Shown: positions 38,439-47,062 of the stretch, piece after piece
How positions within the stretch are numbered: position 1 is the stretch's first letter
Layout: each line of letters starts with the position of its first letter
Source of the DNA: a bacterium
GTDB lineage: Bacteria; Patescibacteriota; Minisyncoccia; Minisyncoccales; JAGLPU01
NCBI GenBank assembly: GCA_030635055.1
Contig: DAOVZN010000003.1
Coordinates: 4,121-68,120, forward strand
Length of the DNA stretch: 64,000 nucleotides
Direction: 5' to 3'
Position numbers and translations under genes: made by a program
Notes under the pieces: generated by a model
Databases searched by the model: none
The model's input: the letters and a program-made list of their open reading frames with translations, nothing else
What the model was told of the DNA's origin: nothing

Positions 38439-39956
38439 ATGTTCTATAAACCGACAATTGGCCTGGAAATACATGTTGAGTTGAAAACAAAAAGCAAGAT
38501 GTTTTGTTCTTGCCCGAATAATTTTGAAGAACAGCAGCCGAATATCAATGTTTGCCCAATTTGCTTGGGCCATCCCGGAACTCTGCCGGTAATAAACAAA
38601 GAAGCTATTCATAAACTGTTAAAAATAGGATTGGCATTACATTGCCATGTTCCAAAACATTCTAAATTTGACAGAAAACACTATTTTTATCCAGACCTTC
38701 CCAAAGGATACCAAATATCGCAATACGATCTGCCCTTATGCAAAAATGGCTATTTGGAAATCTTCGGCAAAAAAGAAAACGACCCGAAAAGACATCTGGA
38801 AAAGAAAGTCAGAATAAATAGAGTCCATATGGAAGAAGACACCGGCCGGCTGATCCACAGCAAGGGAACAGATTATTCTTTGGTTGATTGCAACCGCGCC
38901 GGAATTCCTTTAATGGAATTAGTCACTGAGCCGGATATAGATACTGCCAAGCAAGCGCAAAAATTCGCCAAAGAATTACAGCTTATTTTAAGATACCTTG
39001 ATATTTCCAGCGCGGACATGGAAAAAGGACAGATGAGAGTTGAAGTGAATATTAGCCTAAGCGAGGAGGGCAAACCATTGGGAACCAAGGTGGAAGTTAA
39101 AAATCTAAATTCATTTAAAGCTGTTGAAGGAGCGATAGCCTACGAAATCAAAAGACAAACAAATGTTTTAGAAGCGGGGGAGAAAGTAATTCAAGAAACC
39201 CGCGGCTGGGTAGACGATAAAAAAATAACAGTTTCCCAACGGATAAAGGAAGAAAGCCATGACTACCGGTATTTTCCTGAACCTGATCTGCCAGCGCTGC
39301 ATTTTACCAAAGAGGAAATAGACAATATCCGCAACGAAATTTCCGAACTCCCACAGGAAAAACACCGTCGGTTTCTCCTTGAATATGACTTAGGGAACAA
39401 AGAAGCAGAGATCTTTGTGACTAATAGAGAACTGGGAAATTACTTTGAAAAAACCATGTCGGAACTGCTCAATTGGATAAACCTGGAAGAAATGAAAGCA
39501 AAGATTGATACCGAAGACAAACTAAAGCTGGCCAAGCTTTGTTCAAATTATATGCTTAGCGATTTGCAAAATTTAATTAAAAATTCTTCTCTTAGCGCCG
39601 ATAAACTGCTTATCACTCCGGAAAATTTCGCAGAATTTACCATTCTCATTTACGAAGGAAAAATTTCCAGCAAAATAGCCAAGGTCTTGCTGCAGGAAAT
39701 GTTTAAAACCGGAGCTGACCCTTCCCATATAATCAAAGAAAAAGAATTGATTCAAGTAACCGATGAGTCTGAGATAGAAAAAATAATCCAAGCTGTTATA
39801 GCCAAAAATCCTAAGCCGGTGGCTGATTTTCAAGCAGGAAAGGAAAACGCTCTGAAATTTTTAACAGGACAAGTAATGGCGCAATCAAAAGGCAAAGCCG
39901 CGCCTGATATTGTCGCGAAAATACTAAAACAAACTCTGGAAAAAAACAGCGACTAG
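38439..39956 (+). CDS. gatB: Asp/Glu-tRNA amidotransferase subunit B
   Basis: IGLEIHVEL.TKSKMFC; FDRKHYFYPDLPKGYQISQ; HMEEDTG; DYRYFPEPDL. Confidence 0.98.
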   Translation: MFYKPTIGLEIHVELKTKSKMFCSCPNNFEEQQPNINVCPICLGHPGTLPVINKEAIHKLLKIGLALHCHVPKHSKFDRKHYFYPDLPKGYQISQYDLPLCKNGYLEIFGKKENDPKRHLEKKVRINRVHMEEDTGRLIHSKGTDYSLVDCNRAGIPLMELVTEPDIDTAKQAQKFAKELQLILRYLDISSADMEKGQMRVEVNISLSEEGKPLGTKVEVKNLNSFKAVEGAIAYEIKRQTNVLEAGEKVIQETRGWVDDKKITVSQRIKEESHDYRYFPEPDLPALHFTKEEIDNIRNEISELPQEKHRRFLLEYDLGNKEAEIFVTNRELGNYFEKTMSELLNWINLEEMKAKIDTEDKLKLAKLCSNYMLSDLQNLIKNSSLSADKLLITPENFAEFTILIYEGKISSKIAKVLLQEMFKTGADPSHIIKEKELIQVTDESEIEKIIQAVIAKNPKPVADFQAGKENALKFLTGQVMAQSKGKAAPDIVAKILKQTLEKNSD

Positions 39957-40152
39957 CCGCTTCTTGAATTGCGGTTCTAACCCCAGTAGTAGAAACTTTG
40001 TTTCACTACGGGGCAGGTGTTGGGTACGGTCCGGAACCAAATTAACCCAAAATCTCTTTCTTGGGTTTTTATCTCCTTCACTTGTTATTAAAGTCATTTT
40101 AATATTTACTATTCCGATATAATCTGATATAGTTAATATATCAGATAAGAAT

Positions 40153-41217
40153 ATGAGTAAAAATAAGAAATTTGACCAGAGATTACAAGATGCTCCTGAT
40201 AAAATTTGGTCTATCATAACACAAATAGACAGATTACAGGGTCAATGGATTGCTGGGGCAAAATTAAGTCCCCAAGTTTTAGGTCGTCTCAAACGATCTG
40301 TTTTGGTTACTTCTACAGGCGCCTCTACTCGTATTGAGGGCGCTCGGCTTTCGGATGAAGATATTGAGAAAATGATGAGGGGGATTGATATTCAGAGATT
40401 TACTAATAGAGATAAACAAGAGGTTAAAGGATATTATGAGTTGCTCGAGAATGTATTTAATTCTTGGAAAACGATTAGTTTTAATGAAGGCGTTATTAAA
40501 CATTTTCATCAAGAGCTTCTTAAATATGTTGAAAAAGATAAAGAACATAGAGGTGAGTATAAAAGGCGGGAGAATAAAGTAAATATGATTGACGCAGCCG
40601 GCAATTCAGTCGGAGTGCTTTTTGATACTACGTCGTCTTACTTAACTCCCAAAGAAATGCAGGAATTAATTGAATGGACTCAAGAAGCGCTAAAAGAGAA
40701 AAGATTCCATCCCTTGCTTATTGTCGGTAATTTTTTAGTTGAATTTTTGAACATTCATCCATTTCAAGATGGCAACGGCCGACTTAGTCGTGTTTTAACT
40801 AATTTATTGCTTTTAAAAGAAAGTTATGAGTATATGCCTTATATATCTCATGAAAAATTAGTTGAGGATAATAAACCAGAATATTATGTTGCGCTTCGCA
40901 GAAGCCAAAAAACTATCAAGACCAATAAGGAAAATATCACCCCTTGGCTTGAATTCTTTTTAGTGATGTTCTTAGAACAGTCAAAGATGGCCGTTCAATT
41001 GTTGTCTAAAGAAAACATAGAAAAACTTTTAACTCCAAAACAAATGGCTGTTTGGCAGTATTTGCAAGAAATTAACGAAGCGGCCACCCCTATGGAAATT
41101 GCTAAAAAGACAAAAGTTGCTCAACCAACCGTTAGGCAATCACTTGATAAGCTGATGCGTCTTAAAAAAATTGAACGCGTCGGTCAGGGTCGAAGTACTA
41201 GTTATAGAAAACTATAA
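40153..41217 (+). CDS. Fic family protein with C-terminal winged HTH
   Basis: STRIEG; HPFQDGNGRLSR Fic motif; C-terminal 'EIAKKTKVAQPTVRQSLDKL..GRSTSY'. Confidence 0.93.
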   Translation: MSKNKKFDQRLQDAPDKIWSIITQIDRLQGQWIAGAKLSPQVLGRLKRSVLVTSTGASTRIEGARLSDEDIEKMMRGIDIQRFTNRDKQEVKGYYELLENVFNSWKTISFNEGVIKHFHQELLKYVEKDKEHRGEYKRRENKVNMIDAAGNSVGVLFDTTSSYLTPKEMQELIEWTQEALKEKRFHPLLIVGNFLVEFLNIHPFQDGNGRLSRVLTNLLLLKESYEYMPYISHEKLVEDNKPEYYVALRRSQKTIKTNKENITPWLEFFLVMFLEQSKMAVQLLSKENIEKLLTPKQMAVWQYLQEINEAATPMEIAKKTKVAQPTVRQSLDKLMRLKKIERVGQGRSTSYRKL

Positions 41218-41320
41218 AAATGGATCGGCTTCTTTTTATTTCAATTCTGGTATGTAAATATGCCCATCTATTTCCATAATCTTAGTTCTAACGTCGTCCA
41301 CGGCGCGGAGCCAAGCAGCG

Positions 41321-41345
41321 AAAACAGCGCCTAGGCGCTGTTTTT
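41321..41345. terminator. bidirectional terminator
   Basis: AAAACAGCGC-CTAG-GCGCTGTTTTT. Confidence 0.75.
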
Positions 41346-42134
41346 AATTTGCCAAAATTGTTTCGCCGCTCCAACAGCAGAAGCATATTCTGCTCGGAGG
41401 GGAATTATTGCTTTTCCGCCCCACATTCTGACTGTCTCTTGAAGCCTCTTTTTTATTACTTTGTTTTGAGCCACCTTGCCGCAGAAAACAATATCTTGTT
41501 CCAGCCCATGGTTTTTAGCGATAAAAAAAGCTAAAGTGGCTATTGATTCAGATAACATATTAAACAACCCGGCCGCCAAATCTTTTGTATTGCTTGAGGC
41601 TAGCTTGCCAAGATTACTGGCCGTAGCATTAGCGGGAATACTGCCAATACCGGAACCCACTATGTCTTTCACTGTCAAATCAACTTTTTCCCTGCTTCCT
41701 GTTTGAGCCAGCTTTTCCAGCTTATCAAGCTCTCTGTCTTTAAAAATCAACTGGCTAAAGCCTCCTAAAGTTCCTCCTCCCATGCCTGTTCCGCCCAAAT
41801 GGACCACTTCATTTTTATTAACAGCGACAATTGCCGTTCCTGTTCCGATATTAACAATTAATACTTTTTTCTTGCCGGTCAAAAGTGTTCCGCCAATGCC
41901 TATTGATTCTATTTCACTTATAATTTTTGTTTCTGCTTTTTCAAATAATTTTTCTATCTTTTTTGCCTCTCCGCCGGTAATGGCTATTGGATAGGAAGCA
42001 AATTCCAAAACCCTTTTTTTAATTAGTTCAAACGCCTTAGAATTCTTTTCCGAAATCAAATACTTAGTCTTTTCAGGAGAGTATAAGACTACTTGGGTAT
42101 TGGTTCCTCCGCCGTCTATGCCTATTATTTTCAT
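41331..42134 (-). CDS. type II (Fumble/CoaW-like) pantothenate kinase
   Basis: IGIDGGGT; ITGG; VNIGTGT; LGGTGMGGGTLGG; VDLTVKDI; TASNLGK. Confidence 0.85.
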   Translation of the reverse strand: MKIIGIDGGGTNTQVVLYSPEKTKYLISEKNSKAFELIKKRVLEFASYPIAITGGEAKKIEKLFEKAETKIISEIESIGIGGTLLTGKKKVLIVNIGTGTAIVAVNKNEVVHLGGTGMGGGTLGGFSQLIFKDRELDKLEKLAQTGSREKVDLTVKDIVGSGIGSIPANATASNLGKLASSNTKDLAAGLFNMLSESIATLAFFIAKNHGLEQDIVFCGKVAQNKVIKKRLQETVRMWGGKAIIPLRAEYASAVGAAKQFWQIKNSA

Positions 42135-43870
42135 ATTTCCTGTTTGCTGCTAGCTAATCTCAGATGGATTGCCACCAGCAAAAGCAAGACAAAAGCAATC
42201 CCTAAATATATGGCCGCGTTCATGCCAGCCACATAAAAAGCAGCTAAACTAAAACCGGCTATGCCTTCTCCGCCGATAATTCCGGCAGCTACAAGCATTA
42301 CGGAATAGCAAAGAGTGGAAAATTTTCTGTCAACAAAGTATTTTATTATTCCGCCAACAGCTAAAAGTAATCCCAAGGTTAATCCTAAAAACATGCCTAT
42401 GCCGGCAACCATTGGCAAAATAAACATTGCTTTTTTAAATATCTTTTGTCCAACTACTACTAAAAAAGCGATTGCCAATCCCAGAAAAAATGCTTGGGGA
42501 TAGGCAAATCCGAAAATAGAATTAGCCACCAGTTGAGCTTGAGGGGCCGGCATTAGCTCGGTGAACATAACGCTGCCATAACCTTTCTGGATTATCTCTA
42601 AAACAAAAGGGCCGGCAATACCGGCACAAACAACGGCTATTAAATCAACTTTTATTATATCTTTTGCTTTAGTGCCAATAATTTTAGCCGACTTATAGTC
42701 ATGTCCAATATCGCCGGCCAAGGCGCAGGCAATGGAAACAAAACAAACGATTATAAAAGCCGGGAGATAGTCTAATTCCAAACGCAGTAAGGCATAAAGG
42801 CCTAAGACAGCCAGGCCGACTATTATACCAAATTGCTCTAAGGGATCTATGTCAGTCTCTCCGGTCATCCGCGCCGCGACTGTCGCCATAATCCAGACTC
42901 CGAATATTGTTAAAACAGCTGCGAAAAGAGGAACGCCGACAGCATAAAGAATTAATAAAGCAAAGAGGCTGGCCGGAATGGTAAATCTTGTATACCAAGC
43001 TCCTCGAAAATCAAATAAAGGAGAAAAAAGCTTTTTGGCTTTGGGAATAATCGTGGCGATGAAAAAACCAATACCTGACCCCAAAACCATGCCCATTCCC
43101 AAATTTTGCACTAAGCTGGTGGCATTAGCCCGTTCCCATCCGGAATTTATTAAATAAGGAATAATCAATACCCAGCCCACAACCGCTCCCAGAAACCAAT
43201 TAAAGCTGGCTCTCTTGCCAAGAATATAGCCAATTCCTATTGCCAAGGGCATGGGGTATAACAGTAATGTCAATCCGGTTGCAGAGAAAAGTATCCAGCC
43301 GCCCGGAAAATACATTTCTCTGAGAATAACGAATAAGCCGGTTAACAAAAGAGCAATCACTATTATAAAAGCGTTTCTGCCACCGAAAACCTCCGCTTTC
43401 ACCACTTCCGCTCCGGCAGCGCCGGAAGGATAGGGCAAGTTTTCTTCATCCACCAACACTCTTTTAATGGGAACTGAAAGCAGTATTCCTAAAATTCCCG
43501 CGGCCAAACAAACCAATATTAAAGAAAATACATCTATGCTGGAAACATCAATGCCTTTTTGCTGAAGATAGAGAATACCAGGAATAGTAAAAGTAATGCC
43601 TGCGGCCATTAGGCCTCCGATAGTGCCTCCTGCCTGAGCAACATTTATTTCATGAACATTCGTTTTTTTCCCAATCCGACCAACAAAATTTAAAACGGCT
43701 CCGGCAATAATAGCTGAAAAAATAATCGGCCCGGGCAAAGCGCCTAATTTTAAAGTGATATATGAAGATGTAACCAGTAAAAACAGAGTTAAGGATATGG
43801 CAACAACTACCGCCCTTAAAGAAAAACCAGTTTCTCCGACTTCTTCTAAATTATTGGTTGTATTATTCAT
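42131..43870 (-). CDS. OPT family oligopeptide transporter
   Basis: YITLKLGALP; EINVAQ; FTIPG; LPYPSGAAGAEV; APQAQL; GIIGGEG; many TM helices. Confidence 0.9.
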   Translation of the reverse strand: MNNTTNNLEEVGETGFSLRAVVVAISLTLFLLVTSSYITLKLGALPGPIIFSAIIAGAVLNFVGRIGKKTNVHEINVAQAGGTIGGLMAAGITFTIPGILYLQQKGIDVSSIDVFSLILVCLAAGILGILLSVPIKRVLVDEENLPYPSGAAGAEVVKAEVFGGRNAFIIVIALLLTGLFVILREMYFPGGWILFSATGLTLLLYPMPLAIGIGYILGKRASFNWFLGAVVGWVLIIPYLINSGWERANATSLVQNLGMGMVLGSGIGFFIATIIPKAKKLFSPLFDFRGAWYTRFTIPASLFALLILYAVGVPLFAAVLTIFGVWIMATVAARMTGETDIDPLEQFGIIVGLAVLGLYALLRLELDYLPAFIIVCFVSIACALAGDIGHDYKSAKIIGTKAKDIIKVDLIAVVCAGIAGPFVLEIIQKGYGSVMFTELMPAPQAQLVANSIFGFAYPQAFFLGLAIAFLVVVGQKIFKKAMFILPMVAGIGMFLGLTLGLLLAVGGIIKYFVDRKFSTLCYSVMLVAAGIIGGEGIAGFSLAAFYVAGMNAAIYLGIAFVLLLLVAIHLRLASSKQEI

Positions 43871-43953
43871 ATTTATTTGATATTAATTATAATCACGGTT
43901 ATAATTATAGCATAGCCATTTAAAAATTAAATAAAGAAAAGGAGGATGAGAGG

Positions 43954-44490
43954 ATGGGTTTAGAAATAAAAGCTTTGTTCCAAATCGTTAAAGGATTTCT
44001 TTTCGGGAAAAAAGAAAAGACGCCATTGGAAAAAGTAGTTAAAAAACCGCCAGTTGGCGGAAAAAGAAAGAAAAAACAAACGCAGCCGGAGATAAGAGAA
44101 AGAGAAACTTTACCGCCTATCAAGCCGATGTCAGGACGAGCATTTCTTAAACAAATGAATGCTCCTCCGGCAAAAGAAAAAAGGAGAAACAGATGTAGCG
44201 TAGAAGAAATTGCAATTTCAGAAAAAAAAGAAGACAGAAAGAGAAATAGCAGACTTACTTCAATGAAGAAAAATGCCAAAATTTTTTCGGCTTTAGCTAA
44301 AAATGGAATTGCAAGAGTTGATAGAAACACGCATCTAGGACCTCTTCGAGGAAAACACATACCCAGGGTTATTGTTAGGGAGCTTAAAAGAATGGGAATA
44401 AATGGAGCAAGAGCTAATATAAATAACCTTGAAGTAACTATTTCTCCGGCAGAACAGAAACAACTCCAAGAAATACAAAGGTCCCTTTAG
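43954..44490 (+). CDS. orphan basic protein (cassette H)
   Basis: TTGATA (43877)-17-TATAAT (43900); GGAGGATGA SD; terminator 44477-44501 overlaps the stop. Confidence 0.7.
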   Translation: MGLEIKALFQIVKGFLFGKKEKTPLEKVVKKPPVGGKRKKKQTQPEIRERETLPPIKPMSGRAFLKQMNAPPAKEKRRNRCSVEEIAISEKKEDRKRNSRLTSMKKNAKIFSALAKNGIARVDRNTHLGPLRGKHIPRVIVRELKRMGINGARANINNLEVTISPAEQKQLQEIQRSL

Positions 44491-44499
44491 GACCTTTTT

Positions 44500-45381
44500 T
44501 TATAAAAAATCTTTTATCAATGCTTTTACTTCCTGATAATTTTTATTCCAAATAATCCTTTTATCTCTCTTAAACCAAGTCATTTGCCGATTAGCAAACT
44601 GCAAGGTGTGTGTCTTTATATCCTCCATGACTTCCTGCTTCTTTATTTCTCCTTTAAAATAGGAAAGCCACTCTTGATAACCAATAGTTCTCATAGCTGA
44701 AATTTCCCAGCCGTAATTTTCAGCTAAACTCTCTGCTTCATCAGACAAGCCGAACCTGAACATTTTTTTCACTCTGGCTTCATTGTTCTTCTTTAATGTT
44801 TCTTCAGACAAGCTTATTCCAATCTGCAAAGCTTTAAAAAGGGGACTGCCTTGTTTTCTTTGTTCCCAATACGGCTTTTTAGTAACAACGCAAACCTCTA
44901 TCGCCCTAATCAGTCTTCTTTTATTTTCTTTATCTATCAATTTAGATCCTTTAGGGTCTAATTTTTTATAAATATCAAAGAGTTTTTTGGTTGTTTCTTT
45001 TTCCAAATTGTTCCTTAATCTTTTATTCGCCGAGGCTTGCAAAAAAGAGAGATTGTCAACAACGGCCTGGATATAAAGACCGGTTCCTCCTACAAGAAAA
45101 GGAACTTTGCCACGCTTCTGAATATCTTTAATCGCTTTAACAGCCATCTTCTTATAAACAGCCGCATTAAAAGCCTTGTTTGGCTTAATAATATCTATTA
45201 AATGATGGGGGACTTGGGATAATTGCTTCTTGCTTGGTTTAGCCGTGCCAATATCCATTCCTTGGTATATTTGTCTAGAATCAGCCGAAACAATTTCTCC
45301 GTTAAACTGCTTAGCTAATTTAATGGCTAAGTCGGTTTTCCCGGAAGCTGTCGGGCCTAAGATGACTATTAAATTTGACAT
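44500..45381 (-). CDS. miaA: tRNA dimethylallyltransferase
   Basis: GPTASGKT; SADSRQIY.GMDIGTAK; VGGTGLY; RRLIRAIEV; RQMTWF. Confidence 0.98.
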   Translation of the reverse strand: MSNLIVILGPTASGKTDLAIKLAKQFNGEIVSADSRQIYQGMDIGTAKPSKKQLSQVPHHLIDIIKPNKAFNAAVYKKMAVKAIKDIQKRGKVPFLVGGTGLYIQAVVDNLSFLQASANKRLRNNLEKETTKKLFDIYKKLDPKGSKLIDKENKRRLIRAIEVCVVTKKPYWEQRKQGSPLFKALQIGISLSEETLKKNNEARVKKMFRFGLSDEAESLAENYGWEISAMRTIGYQEWLSYFKGEIKKQEVMEDIKTHTLQFANRQMTWFKRDKRIIWNKNYQEVKALIKDFL

Positions 45382-45463
45382 ATTATTAGTTTATGTTATA
45401 CTTTATTTATCAAGAACACAAGCTTTTTAACAAAGACTCTTGAATAAAGACAAAGGTGATAAT

Positions 45464-45805
45464 TTGGCAAGTGAAGACTTAAGAACGATTTTTTCGGAGA
45501 ACAATTGTGACTATGCAACAATGGTCCTGAAAGAAGCAAAGAAAATTCTGAACCAGAAGAAAATTAATTGGAAACAAGGCCTCCAGTGCTTAAAAGAACA
45601 AATTCAAGAAATAAGGCAGGAATTAAGTCAGCCGGCGAATAAAGGAAAACCACAAGAAAATTACGAAATGGCCTGCGAGTTAATTGAGTTCTTAACAAGT
45701 TTAATTCCCCGAAGCAGAAAAAAGACCCCTGACAAAGTCAGGGCCTCTTTCTTGTCAATTCTCCTTTTAATCCCCATGGAGAAGCGTCCAAAACTTTCAC
45801 TTTAA
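45464..45805 (+). CDS. orphan helical protein (cassette I)
   Basis: TTGACA (45375)-16-TG-n-TATACT; AGCTTTTTAACA (45421); AAGGTGATAAT-TTG start. Confidence 0.6.
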   Translation: MASEDLRTIFSENNCDYATMVLKEAKKILNQKKINWKQGLQCLKEQIQEIRQELSQPANKGKPQENYEMACELIEFLTSLIPRSRKKTPDKVRASFLSILLLIPMEKRPKLSL

Positions 45806-46982
45806 CGAAAGTTCCTATCTGACACTTCTTTCCCGGAAACTTAATTGTTTTAAAATGGCTGGTTTTGCCGATAGAAAAACCTTTAATATTATCTTGCACC
45901 AATACTTCAACTTCTTTATCAATAAACTCCTTATTTTTCTCTAAGGCAGTAATTTTTAAAATATCATTTAATATTTCTTCACGATTCTTTTTTTCCTTAT
46001 CGGAAACAGTGTCTTCCATTTTAGCGGCCGCGGTTTGGGAACGGGCAGAATAGCGGTTGATATAGGCCATATCAAATTTAATCTTTTTGAATAAATCACA
46101 AGTATCAGAAAACTGTTTTTTTGTTTCTCCGGGAAAACCGACGATAACATCGGTGGAAATGGCTATCTTTTGCTTAAAAGCCTGGCGAATCTTTTTTACC
46201 AGCCTTTTGTATTTCTCTATTGTATATGGTCGGTTCATTCTTTTAAGAACCGTATTGTTGCCGGCCTGAACCGGCAGATTTAAATAAGGGGTCACTTTTT
46301 TTGACTTAGCCATAGTTTCAATCAACTCAGCAGAAAAATCTTTGGGATGGGGAGAAGTAAACCTAATCCAAAACTTTCCCGGAATATTATTTACCATTTC
46401 TAATAATTTGGCAAAACTTATCTTGTCTTTTGTTTTATAGGAATTGACATTTTGTCCCAAAAGCCAAATTTCTTTATAGCCGCTCTTGATTAGTCCCTTT
46501 ATCTCCCTTAAAATTTCTTCAGCCGGACGGGAAACCTCCCTGCCCCTAGTATAGGGAACAACGCAATAAGAACAGAAGTTATTGCAGCCGGTCATTATGG
46601 GGATACAAGCTGAAAAAGCGCTGGAATATCCGGGAGATAATTCTAAATAGTGATTCTTGGCAATAGTTTTATGCCCCAGCATTTCCGGAAGCAGGAGCAA
46701 GTCTTCTATCCCTAATAAGAAATCAAACTTCGTCTGAAATTTCTTTTTATCTTTATCTAAAATACACCCGGTCAGAACGGTTTTCTTTCCCCTTAGTTTT
46801 TTCGCCAGCCCATCAATTCTGTCCATGGCTGACTGTCTGATCGAGCAAGCGTTAACCACCACTAAATCCGCCTGAAGGATCTTGTCAGCAGCTTTGTAAC
46901 CAATGTTCTCCAGCACGCCGGCAATCCTTTCCGAATCACTCCTGTTCATTTGGCAGCCATAGGTGACTATATGATATTTCAT
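45738..46982 (-). CDS. miaB: tRNA methylthiotransferase MiaB
   Basis: TYGCQMN.SDSE; GCNNFCSYCVVPYTRGRE; LLGQNVNSY; TDVIVGFPGET; TRAM domain. Confidence 0.96.
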   Translation of the reverse strand: MKYHIVTYGCQMNRSDSERIAGVLENIGYKAADKILQADLVVVNACSIRQSAMDRIDGLAKKLRGKKTVLTGCILDKDKKKFQTKFDFLLGIEDLLLLPEMLGHKTIAKNHYLELSPGYSSAFSACIPIMTGCNNFCSYCVVPYTRGREVSRPAEEILREIKGLIKSGYKEIWLLGQNVNSYKTKDKISFAKLLEMVNNIPGKFWIRFTSPHPKDFSAELIETMAKSKKVTPYLNLPVQAGNNTVLKRMNRPYTIEKYKRLVKKIRQAFKQKIAISTDVIVGFPGETKKQFSDTCDLFKKIKFDMAYINRYSARSQTAAAKMEDTVSDKEKKNREEILNDILKITALEKNKEFIDKEVEVLVQDNIKGFSIGKTSHFKTIKFPGKKCQIGTFVKVKVLDASPWGLKGELTRKRP

Positions 46983-47014
46983 AACTATTAATTAGCACAA
47001 TTAGGAATTTAATA

Positions 47015-47044
47015 AAACGGCTTAAGATTTTCTTAAGCCGTTTC
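47015..47044 (-). terminator. terminator after DUF5667-like gene
   Basis: AAACGGCTTAAGA-TTT-TCTTAAGCCGTTT palindrome with A-rich flank on the + strand. Confidence 0.75.
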
Positions 47045-47062
47045 AACCTCTGTCAGTATTTT

